NCBI GenBank assembly: GCA_037137395.1
Contig: JBAXKK010000041.1
Coordinates: 1-22,029 of the forward strand
Direction: 5' to 3'
Source of the DNA: Elusimicrobiota bacterium
Lineage (GTDB): Bacteria > Elusimicrobiota > Elusimicrobia > Elusimicrobiales > UBA9959
DNA length: 22,029 nucleotides
Below the pieces are notes generated by a model, which worked only from the letters and a program-made list of their open reading frames with translations, was not told the DNA's origin and searched no databases. Shown here piece by piece: positions 1 to 6,583 of this stretch (positions within the stretch are counted from its first letter, which is position 1; the number at the start of each line of letters is the position of its first letter). Made by a program: the position numbers and the translations under genes.

Positions 1-316
1 CAGTGAGGGCGATAAGCTTGCCAAGGGCCTGGGTAAGCATGCCTTCCTTGGCCAGAATTTCGGGCATATTCCCCGCGGCTCCAGCGTTCATCGCCGCGGC
101 TCGGGCCTGTATGACTTTCTCAAGGGTAGATTGTTCGAATTTCATCTCGCCCTTTACGGAATTTATCAGATTGGGGATAAGGTCATACCGCCGCTTCAGC
201 TGCACGTCTATCTGCTTGAAGGCGTTGGCCACCTGGTTACGGAGCTTAATCAGATTGTTGAATATTAAAACCACCCACATAACAACCGCAAGAAGTACTA
301 TCGTTAATATGATCAT
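1..316 (-). CDS. lemA: LemA family protein (3' end runs off the window)
   Basis: Not in the ORF track. Manual translation from ATG at 316 gives MIILTIVLLAVVMWVVLIFNNLIKLRNQVANAFKQIDVQLKRRYDLIPNLINSVKG..., an N-terminal TM helix plus the LemA signature IDVQLKRRYDLIPNL. SD GGGAGG lies upstream (321-326). Confidence 0.93.
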   Translation of the reverse strand, partial: MIILTIVLLAVVMWVVLIFNNLIKLRNQVANAFKQIDVQLKRRYDLIPNLINSVKGEMKFEQSTLEKVIQARAAAMNAGAAGNMPEILAKEGMLTQALGKLIALT

Positions 317-337
317 ATTTCCTCCCGCTGATATTTA

Positions 338-386
338 AGGCGTCAGGCGACACGTGCAGGGCTTTGTAATCCGCCGCCTGATGCCT
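338..386. repeat. Heptamer-based inverted repeat between the peptidase and lemA
   Basis: AGGCGTC-AGGCGAC (338-351) and GCCGCCT-GATGCCT (373-386) form a 14-bp imperfect stem. Confidence 0.6.
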
Positions 387-1422
387 ACTTTGTTAAAATT
401 TCGCATCCGCCTTTTTTAACCAGCACTGAATCCTCTATGCGCACGCCGAATTTTCCGGGCAGGTAAATGCCGGGCTCCACCGTGACGGCCATGCCCGCCC
501 TGAGCGTGTCCTTGGATTTTGTGTTCAGAGTCGGAGCCTCGTGGATCTCAAGGCCCACGCCGTGCCCGGTGCCGTGAATAAAATACTGGCCGAACCCGGC
601 GTCCGAGATATAATCGCGGCAGGCCTTATCAACTTCGGCAGCCTTAACTCCAGCCCTGACTTTCTTTACGCCGGCTTTCTGGGCGGCCTCAACGATTGAA
701 TATATTTTTTTAAATTCCTCGTCCGGCTTGCCGTGGAAATAAGTTCTGGTAATATCGGAACAGTAGCCGTTATACACACAGCCGAAATCCAGCAGGACAG
801 CCTCGTTTACCCCGAGCGGCCTGGCGGATGTGTCGTGATGCGGCAGCGCGGAGTTCGGCCCGAATCCCACTATCAGGCTGAAGCTGGGGCCCCTGGCTCC
901 CATAGCCTGCATTATATCCTCAAGTTCCCTGGAAACGGAAACCTCCGTGCGGCCGGTTTTTATCCTCGGTTTTATTATGCCTAAGGCTTTGGCGGCGATC
1001 CGGCAGGATTGGCGCAATATGGAAATTTCCTCTCCTTCTTTAATAAGTCGCAGACCGGCCGTAATACCTCTAAATTCAGAAAGACCTTTCTTCCGCCAGA
1101 ACCGGCCCCGCAGATAAGTTTCAGTCTCCGGCTCAAAAACCGTTTTTTTTAATTTCCCGTCCTTCATTTTCAGGATTACCGCCTCCAGCAGACTTTCGGG
1201 TGCGGTGGCGCTGAAGAAAGACACTTTTGACTTAAATTGGTCAAGAAGCATCTTAGGCATAAAAGCCCAGGCTGAGCTTTTGGAAACAAGCATAAGCATT
1301 CCGTCCATGCGGAATCCGGTAAAAAACACCTGTTCCAGCGGTCTTGAAAGGACCATCGCGTCGAGTTTTTCTTTTTTCAGGAGGTGCTGCAGGTCTTGTA
1401 AACGTTTCTCATGTATATTCAT
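385..1422 (-). CDS. Xaa-Pro aminopeptidase/dipeptidase, M24B family
   Basis: Metal-binding motifs DFG..YCSDITRT, HGTGHGVGLEIHE, TVEPGIY and GVRIED, with an N-terminal creatinase-like domain. Start placed at ATG 1422 (MNIHEK), downstream of GGATGG. Starts at 1428 or 1437 are alternatives. Confidence 0.92.
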   Translation of the reverse strand: MNIHEKRLQDLQHLLKKEKLDAMVLSRPLEQVFFTGFRMDGMLMLVSKSSAWAFMPKMLLDQFKSKVSFFSATAPESLLEAVILKMKDGKLKKTVFEPETETYLRGRFWRKKGLSEFRGITAGLRLIKEGEEISILRQSCRIAAKALGIIKPRIKTGRTEVSVSRELEDIMQAMGARGPSFSLIVGFGPNSALPHHDTSARPLGVNEAVLLDFGCVYNGYCSDITRTYFHGKPDEEFKKIYSIVEAAQKAGVKKVRAGVKAAEVDKACRDYISDAGFGQYFIHGTGHGVGLEIHEAPTLNTKSKDTLRAGMAVTVEPGIYLPGKFGVRIEDSVLVKKGGCEILTK

Positions 1423-1540
1423 AACCATCCATATCAACCGGGCCTATGGCTTTGCAACGTGCAGTTCTAAGATCTCTGCAATTATACTATTTTTACTATT
1501 ATCTCGGTTCAAAAGCCGCAAGCGAAGTATCAGAACCAAA

Positions 1541-2314
1541 TCATTTTTCGCCCGCGAAAGCGGCTGAAAGCCGGAGGTAATCATCCACCGAGAGGTTCTG
1601 CGGCCGCAGATCGGGGCTGAAACCGGCGGCTTTGATGCGGTCTCCCGTATCGGCCTTGTCGAGACTTCTCCCCATAGACAAAGAATTGACAAGCGTCTTG
1701 CGACGATGTGAGAAAGCGTTTTTCACAAAATTTAGGAAATACCGTCGATGTTCGGCCGTGGGGAAAGTCTGCCGCGGCTTGAATACCAGCACCGAAGAAT
1801 CCACCTTCGGCACCGGGCTGAAGCTAGCGGCCGGCACATCCACCAGCAGCGCGGTTTCGCTCTGGGCCTGGACGGCCACTGAAAGGTAGCCGTAATCAGA
1901 ATCTCCCGTGGCCGCGGTTATCTTCCTTGCCACCTCTCTCTGGAACATGAAGACCGCGGCGCCCATACGGCTGAAAGACAGGACCTTCATCAGTATGGCC
2001 GTGGAGCATTCGTACGGCAGGTTGCCGATGAACGCCGCCGTTCCGGCGGGAAAAACCGCTTCCAGATCAAGGGCCATAAAATCAGAATTTATTACCCGCG
2101 CGGCAGGGAATCTCTCCTTTATACGGGCCGTCATCAGGGGATCTATTTCCACCGCTGAAAACTTATCACCCCACAGCGGATATAAGAATTCCGTAAGGGC
2201 GCCGCGCCCCGGGCCGATCTCCACGCCCAAACCGAATTCCTCCGGTCCAAGGGCTGTGGCGATATCTTCGCACAACCTGGCATCCTTCAAAAAAACCTGA
2301 CTGTATTTAGGCAT
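1541..2314 (-). CDS. rsmA: 16S rRNA m6,2A1518/1519 dimethyltransferase RsmA/KsgA
   Basis: SQVFL, VEIGPGRGALT, EID, GNLPY, MFQREVA, FSPVPKVDS and AFSHRRKTL motifs. Confidence 0.96.
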   Translation of the reverse strand: MPKYSQVFLKDARLCEDIATALGPEEFGLGVEIGPGRGALTEFLYPLWGDKFSAVEIDPLMTARIKERFPAARVINSDFMALDLEAVFPAGTAAFIGNLPYECSTAILMKVLSFSRMGAAVFMFQREVARKITAATGDSDYGYLSVAVQAQSETALLVDVPAASFSPVPKVDSSVLVFKPRQTFPTAEHRRYFLNFVKNAFSHRRKTLVNSLSMGRSLDKADTGDRIKAAGFSPDLRPQNLSVDDYLRLSAAFAGEK

Positions 2315-2320
2315 AAGATA

Positions 2321-2406
2321 AGGGTTTAGGGTTCAGGGTTTAGGGTTCAGGGTTTAGGGTAAGGAGCTCCTTATAACTTTACCCTCAACCCTATCCTCCT
2401 TTACTC
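2321..2406. repeat. Telomere-like heptamer array (AGGGTTY)x5 + AGGGTAA, palindrome and degenerate inverted arm
   Basis: AGGGTTT/AGGGTTC alternate over 2321-2355, followed by AGGGTAA at 2356-2362. Palindrome TAAGGAGCTCCTTA at 2360-2373, complementary arm TTACCCT-CAACCCT at 2379-2392. Confidence 0.92.
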
Positions 2407-3839
2407 TAACAAATCGTTTCCAGCTTTAATTTTATCTCTTCGCCGAACTTCCATACATCGCCGGCCCCGACGGTAATCAGCACATCTCCCGCCCGCAGGT
2501 TTTTAGCGATCTCCATCGCGCCGGGGAATCTTTCCGCTTTAAGGCCTCGTTTTTTCAGGCCGGCTAGTATGAGTTCCGAGGTTACTCCGGGCAGCGGCTT
2601 TTCGCCGGCGGCGTAGATATCCATCACATAAGTAAGATCTGCCGCGTCGAACGCGGCTGGGAATTCGCGCCGGAGAATGCCGGTCCTGGAATAGCGGTGA
2701 GGCTGGAACAGGACTATGAGCCTGCCCCGGCCCTTATACATCTCCGGGACGGTCCCGAGAGTGGCTTTTATTTCGGTGGGATGATGTCCGTAATCATCCA
2801 AAAATGTCACTCCGGCATATTCGCCGATATTTTCCATCCGGCGCTTTACGCCCTTAAAGTTAGCAAGACCCTTCACAAGTCCGGCAAAATCAAAACCGAG
2901 GTAGCGCCCGGCGGCCAGCGCGGCCAGAGAATTAAGAGCGTTATGGCGCCCGCCGGATCTGAGCGCCACCCTACCCATCCGCTTACCCCTGAAATGAGCC
3001 TCATAAGCCAGCCCCGCGGGGCCGGACTTTAAATTTTTAGCGACCCAGTCGGAGCCCGCTTTACAGCCGTAAGTTATAAGCGGGGTTTCTACCGAGCCCA
3101 GGATAGACGCCACGCCGGGATCATCGGCGCATACCACGGCAGCGCCGTAGAAAGGCACCTTGTCTATATGCGCCAAAAATGCCGCTTTAAGGTTCGTCAT
3201 ATCCTTATAAAAATCCAGATGATCTGAATCTATATTGGTAACGCAGGTAACCAGCGGATTAAAATAAAGAAAAGAGCCGTCGGACTCATCCGCCTCAGCC
3301 ACCAGATATTCGCCGGCGCCCATTTTGATGTTCGAGCCGATATTTTTGAACAGCCCCCCGACTACAACCGTGGCGTCCACGCCAGCGCCTTCAAGCGCCG
3401 ATGCGAGCATGGATGTGGTACTGGTCTTGCCGTGTGAGCCGCTTACGGTAACAGTTTTTTTGGACGAGGCAAGTTTGGCGAGCATCAGCGCCCGGGGCAC
3501 GGTCCTTATGTCTTTTTTCACAGCGGCTGCAAGTTCGGGGTTTCCGGCTTTGACCGCGGAGCTTATCACTACCACATCGGGATAGGACCCTAGACCTTCT
3601 TTCTTGCGCCCCGCGACAAAATGCGGGACAAGAATATTGGAAGCCCGGTGCCCGATAAACACCCGTGCGCCTTCGGCCCTCAGCGTCCTGGTAATCTCCG
3701 ATTCTTTCAGGTCGGACCCGCTTACCTTCACGCCGGTTTTAAGCAGCAGGCGGGCGATCCCGCTCATGCCTATGCCACCTATGCCTATAAAATGCGCTTT
3801 TTTTATTTCGCTAAAATTAAAATCCGCTGTATCGTTCAT
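2406..3839 (-). CDS. murC: UDP-N-acetylmuramate--L-alanine ligase
   Basis: HFIGIGGIGMSGIA, GSHGKTSTT (P-loop), EADESDGSF, DHLD, DDYGHHPTEI, FQPHRYSRT and GAGD motifs. Confidence 0.97.
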   Translation of the reverse strand: MNDTADFNFSEIKKAHFIGIGGIGMSGIARLLLKTGVKVSGSDLKESEITRTLRAEGARVFIGHRASNILVPHFVAGRKKEGLGSYPDVVVISSAVKAGNPELAAAVKKDIRTVPRALMLAKLASSKKTVTVSGSHGKTSTTSMLASALEGAGVDATVVVGGLFKNIGSNIKMGAGEYLVAEADESDGSFLYFNPLVTCVTNIDSDHLDFYKDMTNLKAAFLAHIDKVPFYGAAVVCADDPGVASILGSVETPLITYGCKAGSDWVAKNLKSGPAGLAYEAHFRGKRMGRVALRSGGRHNALNSLAALAAGRYLGFDFAGLVKGLANFKGVKRRMENIGEYAGVTFLDDYGHHPTEIKATLGTVPEMYKGRGRLIVLFQPHRYSRTGILRREFPAAFDAADLTYVMDIYAAGEKPLPGVTSELILAGLKKRGLKAERFPGAMEIAKNLRAGDVLITVGAGDVWKFGEEIKLKLETIC

Positions 3840-3861
3840 TTATTATTCCCCAAGATGCGTA

Positions 3862-3967
3862 GATCCAATTCTGAACCTTCAACTCGTAAATCGTAAAGCG
3901 GGAAGCGTAAAGAGTAAATCGTAAATCCTCAATCTTGAATCTTCAATCTTAAATCTTCAATTTTAAA
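3862..3967. repeat. Heptamer-period tandem array (TCGTAAA grading into TCTTCAA)
   Basis: Twelve in-phase 7-mers over 3884-3967, all ending in AA: TCGTAAA TCGTAAA GCGGGAA GCGTAAA GAGTAAA TCGTAAA TCCTCAA TCTTGAA TCTTCAA TCTTAAA TCTTCAA TTTTAAA. Three further units at 3862-3882 are shifted by 1 nt. Confidence 0.85.
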
Positions 3968-5586
3968 TCCCGTGTCAGCCATTTTTTATTAGCCAGCGCG
4001 ATTTTATTTTTCGGCTCTTTCCTGAGCGCGTCCGTACATGCCGCGATGGCATTTTCCTGCGAACCCTTTTCCACCCAAGCCGCGCAGCGCCCCAGGTCCC
4101 CGGTCGCTCCGGCCTGCACGCCTTCCATAGCCGCGAGCGCCGCGTCCGGTTCGCCCATGATAAGGCTGCCAAGCCCCCGCAGCAGGCTCAGCCTGGGATC
4201 TTGCGCGGCGCCGCCGGGAGTTTCCCGCAGATCTTCAAGCGCGTCCGCGACGTTCTCCAGCCAGCCAGCACCCATAACCCAGAGCCCCATATCGTTGCCG
4301 ACATCGCGCGGCTTATACACAACTCCTGGATCCCCGCCGGCGGCGCTCAACGAGGCCTTCTTGGTCTCGATATTAATGGACATCCTCGTGTCCTGTCCTT
4401 CCCGGGCCGCGGCCTTTATCGCCTTATCCATTTCAGCCGCGATCTGGGCGGCCCGGGCGCCGCGATTCTTAAAATCGGAGGCCGGGAGGGAATATTCGCG
4501 CCGGAACACCGTTACCTGCGGGCGCTTAAAATTCTGCTCCAGACCAGCCTTGAGCGTTTTAGGTTTCCCTTCCGACTGCACCACGAGCCGCGTTTCCGGT
4601 ATCGAAACAAACTCAGCCTTCACATTAACATCCTCGTCGGCAGGGATCTTGGACACGGCGTTCTCAAGGGAGCCGGGCTTCCCCCCGCCAGGCCGGGGGT
4701 CTGGGTCGCCCGCGTAAGCCAGACTGATGGAAATACCGCCCTTGGCGTTAGACGGGGTCAGGAGGAAGGCGTCTTCTAACAGACCGTTAAGGCGCTTTAT
4801 ATCTCCAGTCCTGTAAAGCAGGCAGCCCAGGCGAAAGCGCGCGACATTATCGCCAGGCTTTATATCCAGGGCCTTATGGTAGAGCCGCGCGGCCTCTTTG
4901 TCGTTGCCGTCCTTCTCTTCCATGACAGCCAGCTCCAGCATCGCGTCTTCGTAGTCCCGGAACGAAGACAGCGCCCTCCTGAAGGCGGTTTTGGCGTCGG
5001 AAACGCGGCCCAGTCTGGAATATAGGAGACCGAGCTGATACAGATAAAGCGGATTGGCGGGCTCAAGCCTGACCGCCTCCCTGAAATACTCCAAAGCCTT
5101 ATCCATATCTCCGAGGGAATGATATATGGACCCGATATTCATCCTCACATCCGCCCGATCCCGGGCCAAATCCCTGGCCCTGAGGAATTTCTCCAGCGCC
5201 TGCCGGATTTCGCCCTTCCATGCGTGGACTATTCCCATGAGTTGGAAGGCGACCGCGTTGCCCGGATCCAGCTTCTCAGCGGTATTAAACTCCGCCATGG
5301 CTTTGTCCGGCTCTCCCAGCCAGTAGAGACTGGAGCCGTAAAGGATACGAGCATAAGGCTCCGAAGGGGTCCTGGCGATGGCTTTAAGAAATTCGTTGGC
5401 GGCTTCAGGATACTTCTCAGCCTCCATCAGCAGATAGCCCTTGCGCAGGTTCATCAGGCTCTGCTCCTGCATAATGCGGTCCCAGACAGTAGCGGGGCCC
5501 GGCGCGCCGGAAGAAGCGGCCAAAGCGCCATAGGCCCAGAAAAGCCCAAAAGCCAAGAGCGCGGACAACCGTGCCGCTTTATTCAT
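3949..5586 (-). CDS. Exported tetratricopeptide repeat protein
   Basis: 545-aa ORF with a signal peptide (..AYGALA) and multiple TPR motifs (e.g. NIGSIYHSLGDMDKALEYFREAVRLEP), an unassigned central domain and a C-terminal TPR. Confidence 0.85.
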   Translation of the reverse strand: MNKAARLSALLAFGLFWAYGALAASSGAPGPATVWDRIMQEQSLMNLRKGYLLMEAEKYPEAANEFLKAIARTPSEPYARILYGSSLYWLGEPDKAMAEFNTAEKLDPGNAVAFQLMGIVHAWKGEIRQALEKFLRARDLARDRADVRMNIGSIYHSLGDMDKALEYFREAVRLEPANPLYLYQLGLLYSRLGRVSDAKTAFRRALSSFRDYEDAMLELAVMEEKDGNDKEAARLYHKALDIKPGDNVARFRLGCLLYRTGDIKRLNGLLEDAFLLTPSNAKGGISISLAYAGDPDPRPGGGKPGSLENAVSKIPADEDVNVKAEFVSIPETRLVVQSEGKPKTLKAGLEQNFKRPQVTVFRREYSLPASDFKNRGARAAQIAAEMDKAIKAAAREGQDTRMSINIETKKASLSAAGGDPGVVYKPRDVGNDMGLWVMGAGWLENVADALEDLRETPGGAAQDPRLSLLRGLGSLIMGEPDAALAAMEGVQAGATGDLGRCAAWVEKGSQENAIAACTDALRKEPKNKIALANKKWLTRDLKLKI

Positions 5587-5592
5587 AAGGAG

Positions 5593-5598
5593 ATTATA
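5593..5598 (-). promoter_or_regulatory. -10 box (TATAAT) 6 nt upstream of the TPR gene ATG; probable leaderless promoter
   Basis: The minus strand reads TATAAT-CTCCTT-ATG. No SD, and the -35 box is weak. Confidence 0.55.
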
Positions 5599-5689
5599 AT
5601 TTAATTGGCGCCGCGAAAAAAGCCCGAAACTGATAAATCACAGACAACAGGAGGGTGCCGGAGTTGTAACGGGATAAGCATCTGTAGAT

Positions 5690-5749
5690 AAAAATAAATA
5701 AGGGAACACGAAAAGATCTCCGCCATCCCACTGCCTTTTCGTGCCCCCT
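5690..5749 (-). terminator. Intrinsic terminator
   Basis: Minus-strand stem AGGGGGCACGAAAAG / CTTTTCGTGTTCCCT (15 bp, 2 G-U pairs that only form on this strand), 19-nt loop, followed by TATTTATTTTT. Confidence 0.75.
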
Positions 5750-5833
5750 AAGTACGCTGCGCGAGCGTCACACTTTGCCGACCGCCACCACACTAGGAGC
5801 TCACTTGCCTCCCTCAAAAATCCTGCTCGCTAC
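5690..5833 (-). ncRNA. Candidate small RNA or terminated leader (~145 nt), family unassigned
   Basis: Bounded by a near-consensus sigma70 promoter and an intrinsic terminator on the same strand. No convincing ORF, and internal stems are present. Confidence 0.6.
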
Positions 5834-5838
5834 ACCAA

Positions 5839-5867
5839 AGTATAGCAGACGCCTCTTGACTTGTCAA
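5839..5867 (-). promoter_or_regulatory. sigma70-type promoter with extended -10
   Basis: TTGACA (5862-5867), 17-nt spacer ending TGC, TATACT (5839-5844). Confidence 0.8.
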
Positions 5868-5884
5868 GACCCAAAGAATATCAT
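5856..5884 (+). promoter_or_regulatory. Possible overlapping divergent promoter (antisense to rdgB)
   Basis: TTGACT (5856-5861), 17-nt spacer, TATCAT (5879-5884). Confidence 0.4.
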
Positions 5885-5907
5885 GGGGCGGCGCTATCCC
5901 CAAGAAG

Positions 5908-6519
5908 TTACCGGCAATCTCCATCAGAAAGCCTTGTCAACCAGGGCGTTATTTTTCTGATAGCGTCAGCGCGATGGCTTAGATCGTTCTTTTCCGCAGC
6001 GGTGATCTCAGCTAAAGTTTTACCGAGCCCCGTCACGATAAATAACGGATCATAGCCGAAGCCGCCGGCGCCCGAAGCGGCGAGAGCGATCCTGCCTTCA
6101 AGCCGACCCTCAACCGTAACGACCGAACCGCCGGGAGAAGACAGCGCCATCACACAGCAGAAGCGGGCCGTCCTCTTTTCCGGCTCAAGGCCGGCAAGCT
6201 CGCCCAGAAGCTTGCGATTGTTATCGGCATAAGAGCATCCGGGGCCGGCATACCTGGCAGAATAAACACCAGGAGCCCCCCTCAACGCGTCCACATGAAG
6301 CCCTGTATCGTCAGCGAGCGCCCAAAGGCCGCAGAAAAGGGCGGCGCTTTTCGCTTTTTTGACCGCGTTCGCTTCAAGAGTCTCACCATCCTCTGTCACG
6401 TCCGGAGCGCCGGGGAAATCTTCAAGCGTCTTTATTGCAAGATTGATCCCGGGAACAAGGGCAATAATTTCTCCCAGCTTATGTTTATTGCGGGTGGCAA
6501 GCACCACAGTCTGCAACAT
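5908..6519 (-). CDS. rdgB: Non-canonical purine NTP pyrophosphatase (XTP/dITP diphosphatase, HAM1 family)
   Basis: LATRNKHK, NAVKKA, ADDTGL, GAPGVYSARYAG, GFGYDP and KNDLSHR motifs. SD GAGG upstream. Confidence 0.96.
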   Translation of the reverse strand: MLQTVVLATRNKHKLGEIIALVPGINLAIKTLEDFPGAPDVTEDGETLEANAVKKAKSAALFCGLWALADDTGLHVDALRGAPGVYSARYAGPGCSYADNNRKLLGELAGLEPEKRTARFCCVMALSSPGGSVVTVEGRLEGRIALAASGAGGFGYDPLFIVTGLGKTLAEITAAEKNDLSHRADAIRKITPWLTRLSDGDCR

Positions 6520-6544
6520 AAAGTCTTCCTCTTTTCAACCGCTC

Positions 6545-6575
6545 TTGACAATGTGACGACTTAAAAATATACAAT
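6545..6575 (+). promoter_or_regulatory. sigma70-type promoter for the 761-aa gene
   Basis: TTGACA at 6545-6550 and TACAAT at 6570-6575 (19-nt spacer, suboptimal). The ATG lies 8 nt downstream. Confidence 0.5.
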
Positions 6576-6583
6576 AACATATT

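Noticed and set aside
3..338. 111-aa plus-strand ORF
   Set aside because: Antisense shadow of lemA.
1481..1512. Internal promoter for the peptidase gene (minus-strand TATAAT)
   Set aside because: The best -35 candidate (TTGAAC) is 20 nt away. Plausible but not supportable.
2321..2362. Eukaryotic telomere contamination or a chromosome end
   Set aside because: The array is short, internal, flanked by intact bacterial genes, has a local complementary arm and resembles other heptamer arrays in the window.
5760..5785. c-di-GMP-I riboswitch-like GGCAAA...GACGC
   Set aside because: Only 4 nt separate the motifs, leaving no room for the GNRA-capped stem, and the downstream conserved elements are absent.
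5638..5793. Minus-strand mini-ORF starting GTG TGG TGG (Trp-Trp leader peptide)
   Set aside because: SD spacing is poor, the ORF runs through the terminator, and no trp genes lie downstream.
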